Shown here: positions 27,213 to 38,766 of the stretch, in pieces
Layout of the letters: the number at the start of each line of letters is the position of its first letter
Numbering within the stretch: position 1 is the first letter of the stretch
Assembly (NCBI RefSeq): GCF_026571515.1
Contig: NW_026862271.1
Coordinates: 1-64,000, forward strand
Length of the DNA stretch: 64,000 nucleotides
Source: Ruditapes philippinarum
Taxonomy: Eukaryota
Direction of reading: 5' to 3'
Notes under the pieces: generated by a model
Databases searched by the model: none
What the model was told of the DNA's origin: nothing
The model's input: the letters and a program-made list of their open reading frames with translations, nothing else
Program-made: the position numbers and the translations under genes

Positions 27213-28303
27213 ATTAAAAGATGTATGTTTCTGCTGAGTTATTGTTTCACTTTTAAATCATTATACATGGTAACATTCCAATCAAACTTTTTCATACTGT
27301 ATATCTAAAGATTTGGGTTTTTTTGCCGCGCTATTTCCCATTTTCACTTATATTCCATGACTTGATTCATTGCAAATAGATCGTATTATTCGTTATACGC
27401 AGATAAGTCTTAACAAGTAACAATATTTATGGTAAGCTATTAAAATTGAATGTTGTGGATATATATATATATCAACATGCAACTTTATTAATGACGTGTC
27501 ATATATTATGACGTGTCATATATTATGATCTTAAGTTTACCAAAGTAGGATATTTATAAAATCACACAATTGTGATCAGTGGCGTTAAACAATGATGTGA
27601 AAATCCGGAATAAGTGCACTCATTTTCATTTTTATTGTTGAGAAAATGTACCGTTAAATTATTAGTTAATTGTCATAAGTCATTTAACCAACAGAAGATA
27701 ATCACGTGATATAGTAACCATCTATCTCCACAATAACTGCGTTATGTTAAGGATATTAAAAAAGCAGTTTTATGATACAGGTAGCAAAATAATTTACAAT
27801 GTGATAAATTAAGGAGCATTTATTTACAATTAAAAGTATTTGCGTGACAATAACACTGGTAAAACAAAATACAACCGTGACTTGGTAAAAACCATAACAA
27901 TAAAGTACAGTCATAAACGATCACTTAAGATTTCAGTTAAAATAGTTTAACCATTAGCAGGATAGTAAATTGATAACAATAGTTAACAATAGTAGCAATG
28001 AAAGCAAAAGTTGTCTCACAATACTGTAAATTTGTTGTATATTGTATATATTGTATAATATACAATTGTTTATACTTTACAGAAAGTTCGAAACCACCAA
28101 CGTCATCCCATAACTATTTCATTTCTTTTGACAAATCATTAAAGTAACTTTAATTCCTGGACTATAAAATAAAAAGAGTATGTAAATAACTTCCAAGGTC
28201 AATAGATCAAACAACCTGGACAAATACAATATTTTACATCCAAAAGTGCTATAAAAAATTCTGCTTTAAGCACACTATAATATTAATATAAATGAAAGAC
28301 ATA

Positions 28304-30469
28304 CACGCCCGTTTAACTCACAACGGAGTGAAAAATGTCCATCGGTAAAAATGTTGTGAGCAACTTCCGTTCCTTCGTTGTGAGCACCCATCTATAAACG
28401 AGTGACACGATAAACAAGGTGGACTTTTTTCATAATATTTGGAAGATTATAGACATTTTATGTAAAAATATCGGAATGCAGTTAGCTAGCGATGTGTTGT
28501 TTCCGAGTATGCACATGTAAAAAGATCATTGCCTGTTGTGGACATTGGATGGAAATACGTCGCGTGCGACGCAGTGACTCGGGGGTAGGCTGGAAAACTG
28601 GAGACAACTTCTCTTTGGACCTAATTTAACATTGAAAACGTCGATTCTGGTGACGTTTTTGTGCATTTTCTAACATAAAACAGATGCCCCACAAGTCTTT
28701 AGCGTAAATATTAATTCTGAAAGTTCTTCGTAGAAACGAAGATATTACTTTTTTTGCTTTTAATCCTCGTTTTGAGCACCATAACCTCGTTGTGAGCAAG
28801 GACCAAGCGCAAGTGCTTGTCTGGTTTTAATATGTAATTCAAATGGCAAGCATTACAATTTTCAATCTACCAAAAGCAAAATCAAAAAAAAAAAAAACGT
28901 TTTTTTGTACAATTATAGTTTTCTTTGCAATAGTTCTTCTTTTTTTTTTTTTTTTGAAAAATTATTCTTCATATTCACAAGTCATCAGATTAACAGAAAG
29001 AACTAATCAGTGGAGGTAAAATAGGTATTTTATTTTCGTATACTCTAGTGTGGCACGAGTGAACATCACAGGGTGTTTATGAAATATTTCAACAATTTCA
29101 CAATCTGTGTTACACACATACATGTGTTTATCCTGAACTGAAGACTGACCAAGTTATGTAAAACAAGAACTATCACGGTAAGTTGACAATGCCCCTGAAG
29201 GTGGGCTTTGTCTTTGATTTATGGACCCAGTAAAGATTATTTCCTTCTATTACAAGTTTGTAAGGTCTTTGTCCAAAGGGGCATTGAGTGTCCCAAATAT
29301 GAAATTAATTCCACTTACCCTTACCTAAAGAAGTTGTGACCAAATGTTAAAGTTTTTGGATGTTCTAGAAGGTCATTCACGGTTACAAGGTAAAAAACAA
29401 TACAGATCAGTTTTAAGGTCTTGCCTCAAAAGGGTGTTGTTTTTCAAAATAGTAGGGAGTCCGTTATACTAATAAAGGAAGTTTAATGAACAAAGTTTTA
29501 AAAGTTTTTTGGAACGATTTGAACCTTCAAAAGTGAAAGGTAATTCAGGGGTCGAAGGTCAAAATATATATAGGATAGTTGAAAGGCCCTTGTCCAAAGA
29601 TGGTGTTGTGTCTAAACATTATGCCAGGACATTATGGCCAATCTTAAAATGTTTGTTTTGGACAATTTGGACCTTGAAAGGTAAAGGCCATTCAGGGGTC
29701 AAAGGGTAAAAAAAACAGGTCCGTAGGAAAGGTGCTAAGGGATGTTGTGTCAAAATATGAATCAAATCCGTTTACTTAAGTTATTTGCCAATGTTAAAGT
29801 TTTCGGACAGATTGAGGGACTGGACAGACGGACAGTTCAAAACTAATATGCCTCCCTTTGGGGTATGCACAAGGTCTTGCAAAGAAATGCTGCTGTGCAA
29901 AAACGTTTTAATTGCTGTGGGTAGATTGAAAATTATATTTTTCACCATCTAGATTACATTATTAAAACCATATACGCACTGCGCTTGTCTTGCTCACAGC
30001 GAGGTTATAGTGCTCACAACGAGGATTTAAAGCAAAAAAAGGTAATCTTGTTTCTATGAAGACTTTCAGATAATAATTTACGCTGAAGACTTTGTGGGTA
30101 TCTGTTTTAGGTTAGAATGCACAAAACGTCACCAGAATCGACGTTTTCAATGTTAAAAATTAGGTCCCCAAGAGAAGTTTGTCTCCAGTTTTCCAGCTAA
30201 CCCCGAGTCACTGCGTCGCACGGCATTTTCCATCAAATTGTCCACCAACAGGCAATATCTTTACATGTGCATACTCGGAAAACACATCGCTAGCTAACTG
30301 CATTTCGATATTTTTTACATAAATGTCTGCAATCTTCAAAAATTATGAAACACTCACCTTGTTTATCGTGTCACACGTCAAAGATGGGTGCTCACAACGA
30401 GGAACGGAAGTTGCTCACAACATTTTTACCGATGGACATTTTTCACTCGTTGTGAGTTAAACGGGCGTG
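28304..30469. mobile_element. Foldback-like non-autonomous DNA transposon with ~510-bp TIRs
   Basis: 28304-~28816 is the reverse complement of ~29976-30469. Ends are CACGCCCG..CGGGCGTG, flanked by TA on both sides. TTGTGAGCA is repeated in the arms. Confidence 0.9.
29162..29865 (-). mobile_element. HINE nested in the foldback element
   Basis: AACAAGA + hairpin at one end, internal ~170-bp degenerate repeats, and a GGACAGACGGAC microsatellite at the other end. Confidence 0.6.
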
Positions 30470-30864
30470 TATTTAATTATTTATGAAAAAGAGGATACTG
30501 AACGAGTGTATGTTCAATACTGAATTTATTGAAAGAGTTGAAAAAATATATATTATGTGAGCGAAAAACAACAACAACAAAAACCCCACAAAAAAAACAA
30601 AGATACAAACAAACAAAAATAACACTAACACGTTAGCAAGGACATTTTCACCAATTCTCGACACCTAAGCCTCACGACAGTGTTTTTTTTAAGTTGATGC
30701 TGTGCACAAACTTGACGTGCATGCATTTATAAGTAAAACGATGGCAACGATTGTACAAGCGCGTTGTTTCGATGTTTCTCAAATATTTAATACGTGTATA
30801 AGAACCACTGTGCAAAATGTAGACTTTTCTCTTCATAATGGAACTAAACATTAATTACACGCAT

Positions 30865-33089
30865 TTATAATTTTGCAACAATACAAGTATCATTCTTTTC
30901 TCCATTTGAACGACTTCGCAAACCGCTTTTAATTACTGGTGAATCGGTTGGGTCATTATCTTTAAAACTTGTAAAATTTCCATCATTTTCTTTAGTTGAC
31001 TGTGAATGTTCAATAACGTCTGGACTACTTTTAACTTTTTCATTTGTAGTAACATTTTCATAGTGACAGTCAGCGTGAACTTCAAGAATGTTAGATGATC
31101 CTCGGTCACTAGATTTCCCGCTAGTTTCACTGTCTGTATCGTTAAATACGACATTGATCGCATCTTGTTTAATATCACCACTCCTTCTTTTGTATACTAC
31201 AATTATCAATCTGAAAATTAACAAGTTAAATTGAATTCATATGTTACTAGATTTTTCGATATAATATACATTCTAAAACGACAATCAACATACAAAAGAT
31301 TACAAATAAAGTCACATGCTTAAATTCCTTTGGAATTCAACACCAACAGTATTACCGAAAAACAAGGAGTATACAATTGGAAGGGGGTCGAATTAATCAA
31401 CATATACGTATGTTAGTAACATTTATAGAATGGAATACTTTTATTTCCAGTCAAAGGTTTTGTAAAATGACATATAAATCACAATAATAATGAGATCAAC
31501 GATCAATTAAAAATGTAAACGAAAATAAAGCTTGATTCGTATTAGAAAGTAACAATAGAGAGAAAATAACTGATAAACAAACTAAAGTTTACAAACTTAA
31601 CTACTAAACACCATATTTAAAATGTAATGATACTTTAAAACACAATAACTGTATATAGTATCTTATTGTAGGTTTTCTTTTAAATTACATTCCATGAAGC
31701 ATTTTACAAAAATAAATTTGCTGATCTGAGACATTTTTTCAAAGTTCAAATTCCTATCTTTTATTTCACTATATGAAATGCTGCGTTGACTAGTAAAAGC
31801 ATTACAAGCAGTTACAAAGTGAAGCTCGTCTTCAACTTCTTTTCAGTTGCACTCCTCACAGAATCTTCTATCAGACTTGATTGTTTTATATCCACCAATC
31901 TCTATTTGCAATGTGTGTTAGAACTTATCCTTATCTTTGTAAAACAAGTTATAATATCTTTATCTTTGATTCTGCTAAATAAGGTTGCCTACAAAAATCT
32001 GTACATAAGTACGTAGTTTTCAATCATTATCTTTACCATTTTTCAATTTATCAATAAATTGTATTGAACAATAAGATATTGATTCTTTATATAAATTTTC
32101 AGATATTTTTAAATATTTTAGTATAAAGAATACACTGAATAACCAACTATTTCTTTTACAATTGTAAAACATTTCGCAATCAACATGAGCATTGTTTTAA
32201 AAAGTTCACTAACTGTAGATTTAGTTAATCTTGTATAATACTTAATTAAACCGATTATGCAATCAAAATATAAATGAAACCTCCCCAATTCACCGGAAAC
32301 AGCATCATTGCATGTTTTTTGTGAATCCCTAACACACGTTTAAGGAATTGTTTATGTAATTTTTTCACATGGCATATCATTAAATCATTTAATGCAATTA
32401 ATGCATTGTCATTTTGTTTGTAAATATTGAAGAAGAAATAGATACTGTTTAAACCAAAGCATTGAAATAGACAAAATCGCCCTTTCACTCTACCGGTTGC
32501 TGTATTCAGAGTATTCGTTCATGTGTACAGTTAGCTCATTTTGCAGAAATAATGCTTTGAGACTATGCAACCGCCACGAGAATTGTTTATTAACTAACAG
32601 GTCGTTTGCATTGATGATTATGCAAAATGTTTGAAAAATATTTATGATTTACATGAATTTATATGAATGTGCATGAATTTGCAAGTAAATCTTTACATTG
32701 CTTTATAAAAGAATAAATAAAGAAGAAATATAAATGTTAATGTTCGTTCTTTGACATTCAAAGAGTTGTTATAACACGACAAAATATACATGTACTTACA
32801 TGCTAATAAGAAGAGCAACGCTTAACACAGATGCAATGATGATTATACAAAATAAATTACATCCTACTTCGGCTTGGGTATCGTGTACAGGGCAGTCCGT
32901 AGTCAGTTCTGAACTTTCTGACATGTTGCATCTTCTAGCAATACTGCAGACCTCCCTCTTGCACAGCTTTCCTATGGCTGTCATTTTCAGTTGAATATAG
33001 GACAAAAACGGTGGAGGACAAGGAGCACACTGCAACATGTCTTCAATCTCGCCGCCAGTGGTACAAGAACACGAGTGTACATAATCCAT
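30865..33089 (-). CDS. Paralog P5 of APCPP family, ~211 aa; exons 33089-32800, 31210-30865
   Basis: ORF 32796..33122 contains MDYVHSC..APCPPP..CSIARRC..TM and ends at AT|GTAAGT (phase 2). Acceptor TTTTCAG|A TTG continues as LIIVVYKRR...HYENV...IVAKL*. Confidence 0.8.
31790..32400 (-). pseudogene. LINE ORF2 3' fragment (Cys/His knuckle region) in the P5 intron
   Basis: Motifs KKLHKQFLKRVLG, KIRISS, QIEIGGY, RRFCEEC and EVEDELHFVTAC. Confidence 0.7.
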
Positions 33090-36000
33090 AGCAAATATCG
33101 TTACACTATAGGTACCATACACAAATGTTGTAAGAAGATATGGCTTTCACTAGTACTGCAGGAGTGGTGCCATTTTTGTTGATCTCAATTATATGGTCGA
33201 TGGTTCTGTATAATTAAAGATAAATCGAGTAGTATTACTCTTTTTTTATTTTATAGGTTCTTGAGTAGATATACATGTAGTTAAATATCATCAACGTAGG
33301 TATATTGCATATGTTTACATTGGGATAAATATTTTAAATGGTTTCAGATTTGCAGAGAAACTTATTTTTGGGATAATAACCAGGACTAACAATACAATAC
33401 AAAAAAAACGTTACCGGGTCGAATAAAATGAAGATATTCAGTTCTTCTAAAAAAATCATAAAAATGCTACTTCAAGTTCACTTTATTCATTACCACATTA
33501 GATATTAAATCTATGAAAATAAAAAATGTATTTTTTTTTAGATTTGTATTTTGATCTTGATCTTAATCCTTAGGGAACACGAGGTTTGGTTATCTATAAC
33601 GTTTCAACAAGGAAGGAAATATGTGGAAATGTATAAGGAAACAGTTAAATGTTTTCATACTGCTTAAAATGTTACATACATTATGTAAATCTTTATCAAA
33701 CTATAACATAAACAGCATTCAAGTTTTATTTGTTAAAGTCAAGATCTAGAGATAAAGAATACTTTTTATATGTTATCTTTAAACTAAACAGTATTGTAAA
33801 TGCAAATGTTCAAACCAATCAAGATAACATGACCACCATCGCGATAAACTGTACTTTATGAATAATTGGCAAGACAGAAAAGAACATAATTATACAATGT
33901 GCCAATATATTACATTGGAGCGTGATACAAATCATTGAACTTGACTAACAGACACTAGTTAATAAAACAAACAAATGTATGATACAATGTTAATAATTTA
34001 TAATGGTTTATAATCACTGTCCCCATGTACTGAAAATAACGTTTAAAGTAGAATTTGTATTAAGTATCATGTAACCCACTCTTTAATTATTTTATGTTAA
34101 CCAGTCATATTGTTACTATTGCGACGTTGCTTCTAATAAAAGTGATTGTTGAAAACAAAATAAATAAAAAATAAATAAATACAATGTTGATACCTCGGCA
34201 AAATTGTATAAATAGAACGAAATATAAAGCTACATTCAGCAAGCAAATATCTTACCATCAATTACGATGAGAATAAACTAATATATTCCTGGGTGTGGCT
34301 GCGAAATTATTATATTGTCAATTATAACCATGGTAACATTTTACACAATATTACTGAGATTTTCTTTGTATCCTGGTTTGAACATTGCAGACACACTAAA
34401 AATAAAGCGTTAATTAGTTATAATTCATGCGACAATTATTATAAATTTTTTATGATTTTTGATATTCAAAAATTTTTATATTTAAAGTTATTTTTTTTCA
34501 TACTAAACTGTTGTGTGCTCATAACTCTGAAAAAAAAATTTCTCAATGAACCCCTTTAACTATCTTCAAAAAAAATTTAAAAAATTAATCCCCCTTCTTT
34601 TTTTTAAACCCAAGGCAAAATCTGTACCAAAATTCCCGTTTTAAAATAACAAACCATCTTCCCCCATTTTATATTTTTTCACTCAATAACACCTGAACAT
34701 TATTACGCAGTTTCCTCTGAGAATCGATCGCATCAGCCCATCTGTTGCTAAATAAGGAAAACTACACCTGGCGTTAAAGAACGCTTATTTGTCAATATTA
34801 ATTACGTCAGAATAGCACGCAGTACATTATTTTATACACAAACTTTGAGAGTATTGTTTGACACTAAACAATGAAAATGAAAGGTTGTTGATAACGCCTG
34901 CTGCGTTCTATGAACGTCGCTAGTGCCTGTTGACATGTGTACTCACATTTTACCTAATTAACAATCATCAGCATAAATAGAGAAAATGGTTTGAGAGCTC
35001 AAATTATGATTCGGAAAGCTTGCATTTATCATTACTCTCAATCACACCTTTATCATTACTCTCAATCACACCGAACCTACAACATTTTAAGTTTTGACGT
35101 ATTGTGCCTTCTGTAAAGTTTCCATAGATCATTCTACCGAAATTGTTTTGCTTATTAATTAGTCCCTGCTTAATATATTCTAGAACAGATTAGAGCAGCA
35201 CAAACCATCATCATTAATAAATCATTTTGTTCTAATTGTGTAATTTATACATCCGTTTCTAATCTATAAAATTAAAAATATATACAATCCGATCTCTTAC
35301 CAAATTCTGTTCTACAAAATCAAAAGGAAGAAAAACAACATGTCAACGCCTGTTTGATTTATGGAATTTATTTTCTACCGGTTTCGGTTCTGCAGTTGAG
35401 CCGTCATCAGAATAAATATGATAATAAACCATAATCAAAGTAATCTTCTATCATTAAATTGGAATCATATTTCGTTTAAAGTGAAAACAGAAAATTACGC
35501 GTGTACGAAGCATTTCAAATAAATTGCTATTGTTCGGACATAATACATGTTAGTCAGGAAATTATTTGAGATAACACGTCGTACATGTGTGTCGTAGTCA
35601 ATGATATTTTGCAAAAATAGAGGGTCTAATTCAATGCCCTTTTCTTTCGTTTTGTGTAAAACCAGTTCTGTTCAGTTTTTATTTGTTTGGGTCGTAGCGA
35701 ATTTTCATACCCTGATATGCTTATTTGCAAAATCCGAAAGTAGTCCATCACGAATTCCTCGATGCGGTTACTTCCCTTTATAAGTACACTAACGCTGAAA
35801 AATTAAGGAGAGATCACTGCGTAAAGATTGGCAAATGGCAGGCGCATTAATTTTCTAACCTCTGAGGGAATAAAAAGGTAGTTCCCGATTGATTGATTGA
35901 TTGATTGATTGATTTCTAATATTATGTAATTCTTTAATATTTCCGCAAAGTACCGGTAATAGATTCAAATAATTTTGTTACGCGGATGATAAATGAAAAT

Positions 36001-36231
36001 TGCTCGGCTATTTTCGTAAAGCTTCGGATTATTGTGATCGCCTAAATGAACATTTGTTATTTAAACTTCCTGAAAAATAAAGTAAGGATGTTGACTCTAG
36101 TACAGGGACATGATTATTTACATGAATGTTAAACAACAGGTTTACCGTGAATAAAATATCTTGAAATTAATAATGATTAAAAACTCTTATTAAGAATAAT
36201 ATGGTTTGCTTCAGGCTGATTGTTTATAACT

Positions 36232-36300
36232 TCCCTGTGGTCCAGAGGTTACACGCTCACTTCACAAACCAGCGGTCTGGGATTCGAATCCCAGATAAGG
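36232..36300 (+). repeat. tRNA-derived (SINE-head-like) fragment
   Basis: A-box-like GTGGTCCAGAGG and B-box-like GATTCGAATCCC, but no intact cloverleaf. Confidence 0.4.
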
Positions 36301-38161
36301 CAACTCTTTTTATTCTTTTTTTTTTAAATTGTCAAATAAACATTGAATTGAAAATCAGTGTTGCAATTAGCCTGTTTGCCAATTTACTACAGCTATATAT
36401 ATATAGACACTATACAAAAACAAATTGATCTATAATCTCACAACCTTCACCTTTCTGACATTCTGAGACCCAAACAAATTCAGCGCCTTCTGTGCTTTGA
36501 TTATTTAACCAAGGCATGTAATATTCAACTGGTTATAACAAACTATGACAAGCCATTGAACAGAAAAATAACGGCCATAAAAGAAAATCAACTTATATCA
36601 CATATAAAGGAAAACAATTATGACTTGCTAAAATAAACAAAAATAAGAGATCAAAACTCATTTACAAACAGGAAAAGAAACGAAGAATGAGAAGTATTTT
36701 AATATGATATTTTTACAAAAAAGAGATAATTAAAGTAGTATTGTTTTATCACAACTTTTCATTAATCTGTCAAGTTTAAGAATATTGGGATTAATATTTA
36801 GATTTACGTTTTATGTCATTAAAATCCGTACATTCAAATAAGTGGTGAAGTTCGTCACCAATAGCTAGATGTGGACATAAGATACAGAATCTTCGATTAC
36901 AATCTATGGCTAAATTTTGTACGGTACACTATATTAACTATAGGCACTTAGAAGATATATCTATAGTATTATGCCACTCTTGTAAATCATGACCATGCCG
37001 TCAAAGCTTCACAATACCTTTAAAGTGATAAATACTATCTACTTTCTGCAAATGAAAATATTCTGAAATAACAAGATCATTAAGAGGGTCTTTTTTTAAC
37101 TCTTTTACAAATGTTATCCATTGGGAATTAACAATATTTCTCGAGGACAAAGAAAGCATTGTTTTGAACAAAAGTTTATATATCTAACTACCCTTAGCAG
37201 TTCTGTTATATCAAATCTGACAAACACCTGTTTCAATATGCCTCAATTTTTCATTGTTCTTTTGTTGAGATATACTTTTCTTTGGTTTTGTTTGCATTTC
37301 AAAACCGTGGTTGTTTCTTGTGTAAGTAAGACTTAGGTTTAACTGATGAAAACAATTGCCGTTGTTGTTCTATATAACTGATGCACAAATTTAGATTAAA
37401 TTGCCGATATTTTTTAAACAAGACGGTCAACTTTTGTTATTTCTGTGATTTTGTCAAGATTATGATAAGATTTAAATATATAAAGTTTTACATGACTTTT
37501 GAAACATTGCCAATTTTACACCTCAATTCAACTGACACTGTTACTAACTGGTGGTTATCATATTTGATTGTTATAAAGACACATATAATATAATATAATA
37601 TAATATAATTATGCAGATCAGTTTTTTTTTTCTCAAATTCTACTTGAAATACCCTGACTAGATGTATAAGAAGTAATGCAGTCACCAGTGCTTGGCTACA
37701 TACTCAATGTTTACAACATTCTGTCGCCAGATGAAAAACTAGTTTGTCTCAAGTTTTGCATCCCCTTCAATACTTAATATAAATTGCTTTATCTGAATAA
37801 GTTGTACATATCTGATTATGAAAAAGTTCATGTTCCCAAATAGTGTTCAGCTTTATTCCAATTTCGGTCACTACACCCCTGAATAAATACTTATTCTAGG
37901 AGATTTTTCTGTTTTATGAGTGAAATGAATGATTTATTTGTCATTTTTCTTGTACGAAATGATAATTTAAATAACTTAATAGATGACCTCTGAAGTTCAT
38001 CGGGTATTATTGTGATACTTATAATATAGAATCATAGCTCTGTGGTGATGTCTATTGTAGTTGTATAATCATATATGAATCGATATTCGTTTAAAATTAT
38101 GTTTATTAGCAGGTTAGAGCCTTATGTTTTCCCAGATTGATATGTCCTATAAAAACACAAT

Positions 38162-38360
38162 NNNNNNNNNNNNNNNNNNNNNNNNNNNNNNNNNNNNNNN
38201 NNNNNNNNNNNNNNNNNNNNNNNNNNNNNNNNNNNNNNNNNNNNNNNNNNNNNNNNNNNNNNNNNNNNNNNNNNNNNNNNNNNNNNNNNNNNNNNNNNNN
38301 NNNNNNNNNNNNNNNNNNNNNNNNNNNNNNNNNNNNNNNNNNNNNNNNNNNNNNNNNNNN
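38162..38360. other. Assembly gap (N run)
   Basis: 199 N. Confidence 0.99.
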
Positions 38361-38766
38361 AATTCCTTGAAAATAATATGGGTTTTGTGCAATATATGGG
38401 TCGATTTTGTAGACCCTTTAATTATTAATCCATCAATCGGTTTTAAAGTAAAGTAAAATGAAATAAAGAAAATATATAAAATGTTATCATATTGTTTTGG
38501 TAAACCTTGCTGTTGCTGGTTTTGGGTTGGGAGATGATCAGAAATGACCCCATGTGCATTCATTTTCCTGTTATGTTTGATAGAATTATTTAAGATTTTT
38601 TTGACAGCAGATGACAACGATTTCAACAACTATCCAGTCGTAATTTTTAACATAAACATATAACATTCGGCAAACTTGGTCATTTCCATAGGTACCTGTT
38701 GACAGGTCGACAACTTCACTTTTGAGAAGAAATTTGCACGGATAACTGTAGCAACGACACAAAACA

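Noticed and set aside
30865-30876. P5 C-terminal AKL as a peroxisomal PTS1
   Set aside because: PTS1 targets soluble matrix proteins. P5 has a TM and a glycosylation sequon, and its paralogs do not keep a PTS1.
36232-36300. Possible tRNA gene
   Set aside because: A/B boxes are present, but the acceptor and anticodon stems do not pair convincingly; more likely a SINE-head relic.
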